Part shown: one piece after another, positions 25,566 through 39,100 of the stretch | Position numbering within the stretch: position 1 is the first letter of the stretch | Layout: every line of letters begins with the position of its first letter | NCBI GenBank assembly: GCA_023213395.1 | Contig: CM041465.1 | Coordinates: 212,543,741 to 212,607,740 of the forward strand | Reading direction: 5' to 3' | Source: Cycas panzhihuaensis | Taxonomy: Eukaryota > Plantae > Cycadophyta | Length of the DNA: 64,000 bases | The notes under the pieces: model-generated | What the model was told of the DNA's origin: nothing | What the model saw: only the letters and a program-made list of their open reading frames with translations | The model's database searches: none | Translations under genes and position numbers: made by a program

Positions 25566-28500
25566 TTTGTTTTTCTCTTTTTTGAATATACAGAAGTATT
25601 ATATTACAAAGGAAAAACTAAAATTGTAGATCTAAAAAGGTTCTTTAGTGAAAATTATAAATCTTGAAAGTATAAAGGCATATCTTAGATCCAAAAAACA
25701 CACACACTAAAATTTTTGCTTCTTCCTAGGTAGCTAGGAGGTGGCCACATGCTCAAAAACATTACCATCTTCTTATTTAATAAGGGTAGGAGATGGTAGT
25801 AGGTTCACATCAAAAGTCATATTATCATGCCATTCCTCCTAAGTGGTATGTTGGTGCCTAAAAAGTGGATCTAAAGGAAGATGAGCAAATAATGTTATCC
25901 AATCTCTAAACTAAGTAGAGAAATGGGGAAGAGAGCTAGTGGAGGCTTAAGCCTAACTACCAATCATAGGTCATCTACCCTTGCCTCTACTTGGTGAATG
26001 ACAGCCCTAGAAGTCCCAACTTTTTCCTTTGTATCAATGAAGGCTAAAATATTATTAAAGTGTTGTTTGAGTGTCTTGGGAACCATAGTACTAACATTTA
26101 GTGTAGCACATATCTAAAACACTAAAGATGGTGTTAAACCAAATAAAGAGTGAATAGGACATGGGGATAATTATTTTTAAAAATTTCAAGGTTTTGAATT
26201 TTCTGTAGGCACCACAGAATTTCTATATGAAGTATATGCCATGCATTATGGAAAATCTTGTTAAAAGCATTAAAATTTCCAAAAACAACAACAAAAAGTT
26301 AAAAGAATGAAATTTGAATAATAGAGATATGAGTTTGGATTTTAAATCAAATTTGGTGAGCATAAGAATGAGGCCAAAAGAGATGAAAATTAGATTCATG
26401 TTGCAAGTAAAAGGGTTAGTGTGCTAAAAATTTAAGTTTTTCTAATCCATTATTAACCATTAAATCATTATGTAAAATGAGCCAAAGAAATAAACTCTTC
26501 TTGAATGCCACTTTGATATACTAGAGGAAATGCACTTGCATATGTCATAGTTCTAAGAAATCACATCTATTATAATATTATTTTAATCAAGTTTCCAAAT
26601 CTAATCTCAAGAGCAATAAAGTATACATTTTCCTAACTTAAAAAATGAATGAATGACATTATAGAACCTTAGAACCACTTGGCTCACCAAGAAGGAGAGG
26701 CAAAGACATGTACATAGATACCAATGTTATATTTATAGAAGTAATAAGTAAATCAAATAAAAGGGCTTGAGGAGAAGGGATATCATACCTTTTTTAAAAG
26801 CTACTCTAAGGAAGAAGCTGACTAGAGATATAATCAAACAAATGATATACATAAAAAATCCCTTTCCTATATCAAAACTTACTAAATCATGTAAAAAATA
26901 AGATAACACATTTGTTGCCTTAGATCTACACCACCATAGAGTGATGTCCTACACTAAAGAGGCGTGGTGAGAGAGGTCTCCATTCTAGCTTTAAAATTTA
27001 TTACATACCTACCAAGCTTTCTAGATGGGATTGATGATAATAGAACTTTTAATATTAACCTTGGTTGGAGAAAGTAGTAAGTTCTACAATAAGAGGTTTC
27101 TCCATGTTTTAAGGCTAAGAAAAAGACCATTAGCAACGTAGAAATAGAAGAGTAACTACGAAGGGGCCCCACCACTACAAAGATTAAAAATTCATTTAAC
27201 AAACAATGTTGTGGCTCATTTTTTAATACAAATGCATCAAAGACACTCATCAATAGTAGGCATACAATAAATATTTTAAGCAACCTTTGGAATACTTCTT
27301 TTATTAGTCATAGTTGACTAGAGAAAATTCCTAATAACTACAAATTTCTTACAAACTACATTAGCAAGTAGCCAAAAGGAGTAATAAACATGAAGAGAGT
27401 ATAATTTTTTAAGTAATTTGTATTCTTCTAGTAAGGGAAAGATGCAAAAACAATCATACGTAAAGCTTTTATTTGAAAATTTCCATAATCCACTTCTACA
27501 TTTAAGAGGAGGTGATATTAAAGTAAAATGGGATGCAAAGTAAGCAGATTACCTGGTCATCCCTTATGAACTTCCAACCCAACTTAGAGATTTAGGAAGG
27601 AAGACATCCATATCCAAAAATATAACAAATAGTATTTACTTTAGGAATATTAGACCCAAAAGATTGATGGAAGCAACCATGATTAACAAGGAGGCATTAA
27701 ACATTAGATTCTTCTATAATAGGAATAAGGAAGGTATTGTTGGCAAATTGGCCATAAAGAAATTTCTTGTTGAATTAAGAGAGATAAATACCTTGAAGAA
27801 AATGTAAACATTGAGCTTTCTTATGTAGATATCTAATACCATCTGCATTAATAACATAAAGAAGAGGGGCAAGAGGATACCTCTATCTTATAGAATGAGA
27901 AAATGGAGTGATGGGGGGCACAACTTCATTGAGGGCTACTTGAGATAAAGTATTACCAAATAATATGTTAACCATATTTCTATAGACATGCCTAAATCCT
28001 AATTTAGTCATGAATAAGGATATAAAGTCCCATTCAATCTTGTCATATAGTTTTTCAAAATTTATTGTAATCAATAAGAATTCTTCCCTAGGTTCTCTAG
28101 CCTACTCAATAACTTTCCAAATGGAAAGAATATTATTAAGAATGTGTTAACCTCTATAAAAATATTATTCTCTAAGTATATAATACAATATAAGGCAAAC
28201 TAAATTAAAAAGCTAGAGTATTTGCCAATATTTATAAACCATGTTAAAAAGGGTGATAGTCCACTAACTTCAATTTAAGAGTGGAACAATATCCTATTTG
28301 GGAATTAATTTGATGATATCTATATTAGTTCTCTCATCGAGATTATGAGAGGCAACAATTTCATTACACATAAGAAAGAAATCATGGTTAATAACATCCA
28401 AAACATTTTTCTAGAATTTAATAATAAGACCATTTTCATCTAGGGCTTTTTTATTAGCCATAAGTCATAAAGCACCCTTGAGCTAGTCTTTAATTGAAGG

Positions 28501-29804
28501 CCTATCAAACCAAATCTTGATGAAGAGAACTAACTCTTTTGTAAATAACATTCACACAATCAATCATAGCATCCAACCTTTCAAAAATCATGGGGGTAGC
28601 AGTAAAAATGTGAGAGAAGTGTTCATCAAACACATCTTTCATAGCCATTGGAGCTTGAATAAGGATGTTATTTGAGGTTCTCAAAGTTGGAATTTGTTTT
28701 ACCTATTGCCTTTTTTTTTAGGGCGGAGAAGGGAAATTTAGAGAAAGCATCACTTTCATAAACCCAATAAAGGTGTAAGTGAACTTGGGGATATTAGGAT
28801 TTAATAGATTCATACTTAAGTAGCTCATAGTGAATGGAGGATTCCTGCACTTGTAAATAATTATTAGAGGGAGAAAAATTGAACTACATGATAGATTTTT
28901 ATAGTGTAGATTGAAGATAAGATTCATATGTTTTACTGATCCAAGCCATTTGCTTACTAAAACCATAAAGCCATGTAATGAATTTACTAATAATTTACTC
29001 TTGCTAAATAATTCATTTAGTATTAAATAAAGGATAAGGAGCTAGAGTCTATACTAGCCCAAAGCCCAAATGATAACATGAGTAGGGTAGTATAAATTTA
29101 TCGAATTTAAATAGAGAATTACAAGGAGTATTTTATTGAGAACCTAGTGAAAAAGAAAACAAAATAGAAAAGTAGTTAGAAAGATAAATTACATAATTAA
29201 TCCTAACTCCTTAGGATTGTGGGAAAAACATTTTATTATTTTAAAAATAACATCTATACAATATAGATTTGGGTCTAGAATCTTCCTCCCTTCTATTAGA
29301 CCAAGTTAGTTGAGAAGCATTGGACCCAGGCAATCATCCTTTATAAAAACTAAGATAGTTTTTAAAATCAATCCAAGCTTGATGCCCAAATTGAGATGAA
29401 ATAAAGGGCAAGCCTCCAACCTTTTCCAAGGAGTCTTTGAACATGTTAAAGTCCCCAATAACAATTTAATAAGTTATGGGAAGAAACATTTAAAGGCATT
29501 GCCATGTTGTAGTATGAATATGAGAATCTATGGCTATGTAAATACACTAATTAATACATTTTGGAGACAAGATATGGACCAAGTAGACTAAAGCCTTAGG
29601 ACTAGATGCTCAACATATTAGAAGATCTTTAAACTATCAATTAGGGGTAGTGGTTTAGAGAGTACAAAATTATTTGGGTCCCAAATAGAACATACAATAG
29701 TAGATAGTGTAGAACTAAATAACTTACATTCTTTAATAGTAAACATATTAGGAAGCCCTTTTCCATCATAATATTGACTTCTTATAATAATAAAAGGTGG
29801 TTAT
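25566..29804 (-). mobile_element. L1-type LINE ORF2 remnant (endonuclease, RT, zf-RVT), 5' part interrupted by Copia F
   Basis: RT NFEKLYDKIEWDFI...KLGF...HSIR (ORF 27883-28074); endonuclease IGDFN ~29450 and ILL*EV ~29780; ES..HLFW zf-RVT-like ~26370-26400; A-rich 3' tail on the - strand ~25566-25584. Confidence 0.85.
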
Positions 29805-32800
29805 TGCTGACATACAAATCAAGATCTGAATGAAAATGGATAGGCATAAATACACATAGGAAATTAATTTTTACAACATATTAACTTGTTTAATTTTCAT
29901 TAATTTCTTAATGTACAATCAATTGTATATATAAACAACTACAAAATGAATATTTTCAATCACATAAAGTGACACTTATGTGGAATATTGAGTAACCCCT
30001 AATGATTTATCATTTCCACAACAATAATAAAAAATTATTAGAATAAAATTACATAAAAGGGGAGGCTCATAACTCAAAGTTATGAACCTAGTAAACATTA
30101 GTTTCTTCAACATCCCCTTTTAATATTTACTTTATTAATTCTAATATTTAAACTATCCCTAAATATCTATAATCTATATTGTGCCAATGTTTTGATAAAG
30201 ATGCCAATCAACTATTCTTCTGTAGGTCTATACACCATCTTGATCACTTCATTTTGGATCAATTCTTAGATGAAGTAATGGTGTACCTCAATATGTTTGA
30301 TGAGAGCATGGAACAAAATATTATTTACAATCTTAAGTATACTCTAGTCATCATAATATAACTTAGCCAATTTTTGTTGATGTAGATCCATGTCCTCAAG
30401 AATCAATCATAACCAAATAGCTTCAATGGATACTACAACTATAGCCTTGTACTTTACTTTAGTTTAGGACAAAGTAATATTTGATTACTTTTTACTACTC
30501 TAAGTGACTGCAACTAATCCTAAATTAAAACAATATTTAGAAGTTGATTTCTTGCTATCTATACATCTAGCCTAATCAAAATCTATGAATCTTTCTAACT
30601 TAAAGTTATCATTGTATATGAATTTAAGTCCATATTGCAACATGCCCTTCAAGTATCTAAGGATCTTCTTTATAGCTTTGAAGTGACGATTTTAGCATTA
30701 CCATAAATCTAGATACTATTCTAACTACAAATAAAATATTAGATTTCAATGTAATCAAGTAAATTAGACTTCCAACCAATTGCTTATACAATGTAGCATC
30801 TACATTAGCTCTACCATCTTAAATTGTTAACTTGGAACTTGTCTCTAATAGGGTAAGTGTAGATTTACAATCATCCATTCCAAACTTTTTTAAAAATATC
30901 AAGTGGATTTTTCCTATAAGATAAAGATACATCCAAGCCCATATCATACTTCCACTTTAAGGAAGTAATATAGTATTCCCAGATATATCATCTTGAACAT
31001 ATGGCTCAAATAGCCTTCAAGTATGATATCATATTGATTTCATTACCTATGATCAATAAGTCATCAATGTACAACACCATAAAAACTATTTTATCATTTA
31101 AGACTTTGATATATAAGTTTAAGTTAGCAAGAGATTTCTCTGTTGGGACTAATCCTAATGTCATTAAAGAACTGTACACCTAGGGCCCCTCAAAGCTAGC
31201 TTTGAAGACCCCTAGGGCACCTAGACCCTTCCAAAAGCTACCTAGAGCCGATGTAGCTTTATTAAGATACACACATTCATTTATTATTATTATTATTTTT
31301 TAATATTGTTTGAATTACTTGTAAACTAACGTGCAGGTTAGGTGATGGCACTTGCTACCTCCTTAAAACTCTATTTAAAGGGTGGGAATACCTCCCTAGT
31401 GCTTTTTAACACTGCCATTATTTGGAAATCACTGTTTACTCAAGATGTCTTTGATTTAAATGTCTTGCTCTACTCCTCTAAATGTATTATTTGGTATTAG
31501 AGACAAAGGGGTGTTTGATAACTATTTATGTGATCTAGCTTTTCATACGCTTGCCAAAATTGCTACATATATCTGCTTGTTAGAATCTTGGCAAGCCCAT
31601 CTATCTACTGGAGAAATCAGTTTGAAGTTTCGTCTTATGTGGAAGAAGATCTTATCCTTTGAAGTCCATCTTCTAAAAATCTGTCACAATGATATTACCA
31701 GGTTCTTCGTATGTTTATATTCATATATATATATATATATAACTTTTTTTTTATATATCTTCTCCAATATATTTGAAACATTTAGTCTGCGTCTTCCTTA
31801 TTATATTGTTGGTTGATTATTTGTATTACAATCTTTGTATATCTCTGCCATGGCCTCTAGCTATACCTCCTCATATATCTCCATCAAAACTAGGAGCCCC
31901 TGCTTATTTTAAGTCATTAACTGGAAGTGAAGGCTGGTAACCTAGAGAGTTCTTATCCTCCATTTTGTTGCATAGGTCACCATTTAATTTTGACATCACT
32001 TATTTATTATTTATTATTTTTTTATGCTATAAAGTTGTTAATCAGTCTCTCACTGCTGCATTATTGTACGTAAAAGTAATTATATCCCAAGATCGCTAGC
32101 ATTACCATTGTATGCCTGGCACCAGATTTTACACTGTTATGTCACATCGTTGGATATTTTATTACCATTATAGAGGAGATTTCTCATCATTATCTGTTAC
32201 ACCATCTTTGTCTCGTAATCTTCTAGAGATCCTATTATGAACAAGTCATTTCTTGTAGTGACATGCCTTGTTCAGTCTACGAATGTCTTTTTGTAATCCA
32301 TTTATGCTTATCACCTTCAGTCTATGTACTTACTTTCTATTCTTCAAGTACTACCAAACTCCAACTCCCTTAGTCAGCTAATGCAATTCTTTCTTGTGAA
32401 GACTTGCTTCTACACTAACTACCACTGGTGTGCCAACTCGTGTAGTTATTACATAGCCTTGGAATGTGAACAATCGTGCGCTTAGTTATTACATATCCTA
32501 AAAATAACCCTTAGAGATTTCTGACAGACTCCGTTTAGTTCATCCCCACAACCTACTATTTTGCCTAGTCTAAACGTGTAGTTTTTTCGTACAAATCTAA
32601 GAAGTCATTTAGCATCCCATTATTTTTCCTTGTATCAGGTAGTGAGAATTTTGAAGAATTGAGCCAAGGTGAATGAGACAAGAGCGGCTACCAATGGATA
32701 ATTAGTGAATAATGAATATGAATTGGATGTATGAGTATCTGATCTGACTATAAGAGAATGCCCATTAGCAGCCACTGCAACCTCTTCCATTCTTTGTTAC

Positions 32801-32992
32801 TTCGCCCTTTGGTTCTAAGATTCTAGCCTCTCGTGCTTGGACTGTGCTTGGCCTTGGTTGTGAGCAGCTCATGACCAAGTTTAATGATAACTTCAAGGTG
32901 TTTGCCATGTTAACAAGATTCTTCCACTTCTATTCTATATCATCCACCCAATTACTATTTCTCTGAGGTCTAAGATTCTCCAAGTAATCATC

Positions 32993-33152
32993 CTTTAAAC
33001 ATACGTAATCATCATCCTTTGGATGCACTGGGCATTCCATTAAATCATAGTTTTTTTTATGAATAAGCATCGCTTTGAACGTATGTAATCATCATCCTTT
33101 GGATGCACTAGGCATTCTATTAAATCATAGTTTTTTTAATGAACAAGTGTCA
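32993..33152. repeat. 80-bp tandem duplication in the G leader
   Basis: gtaatcatcatcctttggatgcact...ttaaatcatagttttttt is repeated with period 80. Confidence 0.9.
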
Positions 33153-35060
33153 CTGTGCTGCCAACCCACTCTTATTTTCATTTTTCTTTTTTTTGTATAT
33201 AAAAAAAATATATATTTCTTTATATATATTACTATGGAAATGTCACCCCCACTCCATGATTAAATTGATCTACCTTTTAATCAATTAAATCAATATGGAT
33301 CACCTCACATTTGATTTGATTAACATCCATGTGATTTATAATTTAAATCTTTATTTTGTATATAGTTCCAATTAAATCTAATTAAATTTGATATAAGTTT
33401 CAAATCTGGGTGAATAATTTTGGCTTTGGCCCCCTTTGGCCTCTTAGCCCCTAGTGTTATGTTCCCTCCATATGACCCTTTAGCTATTTTATTAAAAAGG
33501 GGATTTTCAACTTTATAAATTTTTTCCTTTTATTTTTTTTTAAATTTTTCCTTAAAACATAAGGTACTTGGCTAATTTCTTTAATATCTCTTCATTGGGA
33601 TACTAGTTTCTAATGAAACCTATCCTATTGAGTCCAAACTTTTTTGAGGTATAATTTAGACTAGTTATTTACCATATTTGGAGCCAATTTGACCTATTTC
33701 TAACCAGTTTAAGTCAATTCTTTTTAAAAATGCCTTATTTTAGATTATTAACATAAAAAGTACTTATTGCTATTTTTATTATAACTTTTCTGTTACACAT
33801 CAGAATTTAGTTTCGTTAGTTTCATTGGAAATCTGACTTGTTCCTCTTCAAACTGAAACTATTATTTATAAGTTTTAATGTGTTCTTGTAGACTTTTAAA
33901 GCCATCAAAGTTGAGGTATATAACAACTTCTAATTTATCATTATTACATACTTTTATATATTATTTCTCAAGTTTTTAAACTGAAAAGTATATTAAGAAG
34001 ATCTCTAAATTATATTTGATTATTTTACATTATTCTATAAGATTTTTACTAGCATTTCATAATATTTTGAGCCCCAAGCTCCCGTTAAGCCTAAAAAAGA
34101 GGACTACATATTTTATACATTAAAATCTTAACTTGCAGGAATCTATTCTCAAAACAGTCAGTTCCGTTGACTAGATATTTCATTGATCTTTAAATTAGTA
34201 TAATTTCACCTTATTTTGATATTGTTTAGTACAACTTTGAAGCTACTCAACTTGAGCATTCAAGATATCCCAACAAGCTTATCCTCTAGACCTTTTTTAA
34301 AGAGTTCTTTATTTTATTCCTTATTAATCACTTATAATACATGTATGAGGCTTTCATTTAACTTTTTATATAGCTTCTTTTAAGCCGATTTATAGTAGAA
34401 ATTGATCATATACATCTAAAGCAAGTGACAAGCTAAGCGGTCTTGCAACATAAAATGGGTATAATTCATTTTTTTTGGAAGTTTCTTCTTCATTTTTTAT
34501 CTTTCTAAAGTGAAATATACATATATATTTCAGATTTTTAGCATTATATATCTTCATCAAGACAAAAAGATTTCTTGCATTGAAAAAAATCATTTTCTTG
34601 CTCAAGTTTATATTTATTCATTTGAAAAATCAAAAGCTTAAGAATTCTTTATTTTTTTGATCATTAAAAGTCTTATTTCAAATTTGCATAGTTAAAAGGA
34701 TCTTAGTTACATTCAAAATTTGCTCATATATTCATTATATTTTAAATTTTATCTGAAATTATACCTTATAAGTTTATCAATTATTCTAAAATCATACACT
34801 TATTGAACACATTTTTTTATTAGTTTTGAAAAGTTCATATACTTCTTGCACTTATATAAAAGTTACACCTAGTTAGTAATACACTTTACTTTCTAGAGGC
34901 ATCTTTCATTTTTCAAAGGGAATTATACTTTTTCTTTTGAAGAAGTATTTACTTGTATATTTCTTTCAAAGAGTTTATTATTTATTTCATCTTGCTTAGA
35001 GATTATTATTTTTCATTCAAGTTTTTCTTTATTGTATAAAATATATATATATTTTTTAAC

Positions 35061-35501
35061 TATAGAAAATAGGTAATATGTACAATATTAATAGGATCTA
35101 AAAAATCAACCATACACATGTGTTAAATGACATTGCACACGTAAACATATTTGGCAGGTGGAAAACCCCTTTTGGGGAAGAAAAACTACCTCTTTAATTT
35201 ATAAATTTATTTATTAAAAAACTTTATATAAAGGCTTGCCATAATTACCATCTACATACTAAACTAGGATGGAAACTAGCCTTCAGACAAGCTTATGATA
35301 GCCTCCCAGATTCCTGGAACTAACTCCTAGAATCTAGGAGAGACTATTAAAGAAAGAGAGGTTCATTGAAATGGGTAGTTGCTCATTTCAATGACTTTTA
35401 CATAATAAATAATAATTAACATAAACTTTATAAAATAAACTTTAATAACTTACAATTATAATATTAACATGCGACATAAAGTAACATTAACTTTTCTAAC
35501 A
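35061..35501 (-). mobile_element. Solo LTR related to the element-C family, inserted in the G leader
   Basis: Shares caggtggaaaacccc, ctcctagaatctaggag and ttgaaatg..catttcaa with the C LTRs. Ends ttttctaaca. Absent at the homologous site of H (~55630). Confidence 0.8.
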
Positions 35502-35564
35502 AAAACCTTAAGCAAGACCATGCTACTAATTAATTTATTTTTTCACATTAAATAAGATAATCTC

Positions 35565-36030
35565 AAATTGAACCACCTTCTTTTTCTAGCCTTGCAAGGT
35601 GAGTAGTTAGGACCCTTGAATTTATCACCTTGTACATACTAATTGGTCTACTCATATTGGATGAGGATAACCATTTAGCTATCAGGTGTATTTGGTAGCA
35701 GGATGAGGTGCAGAACCTATTCCTTTTATGGTGTTTGGAGACCAAGGCTAGACTTGGAGAGGGTGAGTGCCTTAGTTCGAGAACCTTCACTACTAGATCT
35801 ATCGCTAGGCATAAGTCTGACACAGGTGGACCAACAACTCAAGGGGGTATAAAAACCTTCTTAGTAGCCTGCGTACCAAGGTATATAGAGCCTAGCATTC
35901 ACATACCGGTATATTGGGTCCCTATTTTACCATTTATGGGCAGATACCACTAGATAGGATGATAACCTAAGGTTTCCCTAGGAGAAACTTAAACTTGGAG
36001 CCTACTATCCTTAATAGGTCCTAGTTCACT
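35565..36030 (+). promoter_or_regulatory. Conserved non-coding pre-gag module (copy in G), putative structured RNA
   Basis: Aligns with 55100-55580 (-) and 47200-47525 (-); GC-richer than its flanks; internal complementarities. Function unknown. Confidence 0.6.
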
Positions 36031-36189
36031 TATTCAAAACTTTGGAAAAAAACTTTGGATTATACTTGGAAGCAAATTTTTATACTTAAATCTTTTTTTT
36101 CAAATTTAAATTCAAATATTTTTTTTGATATTCATATTCAACTTTTAAAAACTTATTTGTCATCTTTGATCAATAAAACCTTAGTTCAA

Positions 36190-39100
36190 GCTAGCGTCTA
36201 GCTTTGGGAACATGATTATCCCCAAATTTGATAGAAATAATTTCCTAAATTAGAGTAGGAGGATGAGACCCATCCTCATAGCTAACGATATATGGGATAT
36301 TATGAGGACAGGCTATAACGAATTATGATAAAATCCATCCAATGTAGAAAAGGCTACATATAAGGAGAATGCCAAGAAAGACAATGAAGCCTTAGCCCTT
36401 ATCTTTTATGCACTTAAAGATCATATGTTCCCAAGAGTTAGTGAATCAGTTAAGTCTAAACAAGCTTGGGTTGCCTTATAGCTGATATATGAAGGAGCTG
36501 CCTCCTCTAAATTACAGAACTTGAGAAGTAAGTTTAAAAATTTATGTATGATGCCCAATGAATTAGTAATAAAATTTATGACCAAAGTCTAAGATATTGT
36601 AAACCAAATGAGGTCACTAGGAGATACCCTAACTGAAGAAAGGGTAGTTGAAAGGATCCTTAGATGTGTTGGAGCTGTAAGACGTTTTGAAATGGTGGCT
36701 ATTAGTATCCGTATATCAAAGGATCTAAGTACTCTTAAAGTGGAAGAACTTAGTGCCATACTCATGTTTATAGAAGAGCAGCAAAGTGTAAATGAATCAC
36801 TAGAACATGCCTTTGGTACAAAGGCCTATATTCAATCTAACTCCCAAGTAGGAACCTCAAGACAAAAGGAATCTCCTCTAAAGAGAAAAGATGGAAATCC
36901 TAAAAAAGAAACTAGATAAGACCCTCCATGATATTAAGCCTGTCACCAAAGAAGACAAGGAGGACCCCAACAACATGAGGATCCTCCAAGAAATACCAAT
37001 CAAAAGAGATAATTTGAGAACCATCCTTGCTATCTAAATTGTTAAGGGATTTCTCAATCTTCAAGGATAAATTAGGCATATCGTGACAACAGACCAAGAG
37101 ACAAACCTCCTCTATCCTATGAGGAAAGGGGGAGATCTTTTAATATTAATCATTCACATCCAAGAAGTAGAAGCCTAAGTTATGGGAGAAGAGATCCATT
37201 ATATTATATTTATTACAATAGAAGTGGTCACACTAAAGATAAATACTTTTTAAAACATAGACCACCATCTATAGGACATACTCTAAATTCATCAGAATCA
37301 AAGGTTAATAATATGTTATTTCTATCCAGTTTTTATGCTAAAGAAGAAGACGATAATATCTAGTATATCAATTTAAGTTGCTTAACCCACATGACCCACA
37401 AAGAACATTTATTTCAAAGCTTAGGTAAAAATAGAAAAGGGTCAATCATGTTTGGAGACAATACTTTCTATGAATTAGTTGGGAAAGGTAACATAGCTTT
37501 GATGACTGGCATTGGCTAATATAGACACTTAGATGATGTCTTACATGTCCCTACCCTAAGGTAGAACTTATTATCAATAGGACAGATGATGGGACAAGAT
37601 TATAAGATGATTTTTTACAATGGTGAATATGTTATCAAAGATAAGAAGAAAAATAAAGCTATTGTTACCAAAGGTAAAATGACCAAGGATCATTTATTTA
37701 AGCCCGTCCTCACTCCTTCAGATACCTATACCCTCAAAACTTTAACTACTATAGATAGTGATTTGTGGCATAGATGGTTTAGTCATCTTAACTACAATAG
37801 CTTGGCTCTTATGAAAAGGTTGGATATGGTTAATGGTTTACCATCCATTCATGTCAATTAAAAGTTATGTGAAAGATGCCTTCTTGGTAAACAACATAGA
37901 GAAAGTTTTCTAGATTTTAACCATCAAGCATCTTCTCCTCTTCAACTGGTATATACAAATATTTATGGACCAATGAGCTACTCCCTCCTTAGTAGGTGCA
38001 AAGTACTTTCTCACATTTATTGATGACTTCATAAGAAAGACATGGATTTTCTTTCTAAGATATAAATCAGATGCTTTTGACCACTTTGTTAACTTCAAAA
38101 CCTTTATTGAGTGACAAAGTGGATATCACATCCTTTCTCTAAGATTAGATAATGGAGGAGAGTTTACATTGAATGCTTTCAAGGACTATTGTATCCACCA
38201 TGGGATTAGGAGGCAATTTACCAACCCCTACACCCCATAATAAAATGGTATAGTGGAAAGAAAGAATCAAACTATAGTTGAAATGACACGATGTATGTTT
38301 AAGGATAAGAACTTGGGCCATGAATTTTGAGCTAAAGTAGTTCATACAGCTGTCTACCTACTCAATAGATATTCCACTAAAGTGCTTAGGTGGAAAACTA
38401 TAGAAGAAGTATGGACTGGTTATAAACCAAGTATACATCATCTCAAGGTATTTGGATGTTTAGAATATGCCCATATTCCTGGTCAAAGAAGAACCAAGTT
38501 GGAGGACCATAGTATTAAATGTATCTTTATAGCTATAGTGAATCTTCAAAATCCTACAAATTCTATGATCTGAAATCAAGAAAAGTTATGGTAAGTAAAG
38601 ATGTCAAGTTTCAGGAAGACACCTACTACCAAGATAATTAAGAAAAGTAGAAGGAGATTGCCATTAAATTTGACACATCAAGTAAGTCCAAATATGTGCT
38701 CCTATGTAGAGAAATATCTAGGAACCAACTAGGGAGAGAACTTCATCTCAAACTCCACCACAATAGCTACCCAAATGGGTTCATCGCAATCATGACTTGG
38801 GAAATATATTGGATAACAATAGGAAATCCACACATTCACATAGGGTTAACTTTGTCCTAATGAGAAAGATACTCAATACTCATGATCCTCAAACCTTTTC
38901 TGAGGCTAACCAACATGAATATTGGTAGAAAGCCATGGAAGAAGAATATAAGTTTATTATTAAGAATGATACATAGGAATTCGTGGACTTACCACCAAAG
39001 AAGAAAGTTATTGGCACCAAATAGGTTTATAAGACCAAGTTCCACTTAGATGGCTCCAATGACAAATACAAAGCTAGATTGGTTACAAAATGATATACCC

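Noticed and set aside
35563-35953. ORFs 35563-35823 (-) and 35708-35953 (+) as extra proteins
   Set aside because: The frames are not preserved in the H and I copies; they are a by-product of higher GC.
35565-36030. Hammerhead ribozyme or group I/II intron as the identity of the module
   Set aside because: No CUGAUGA/GAAA core, no group II domain V, and no convincing group I P/Q/R/S set was seen by eye.
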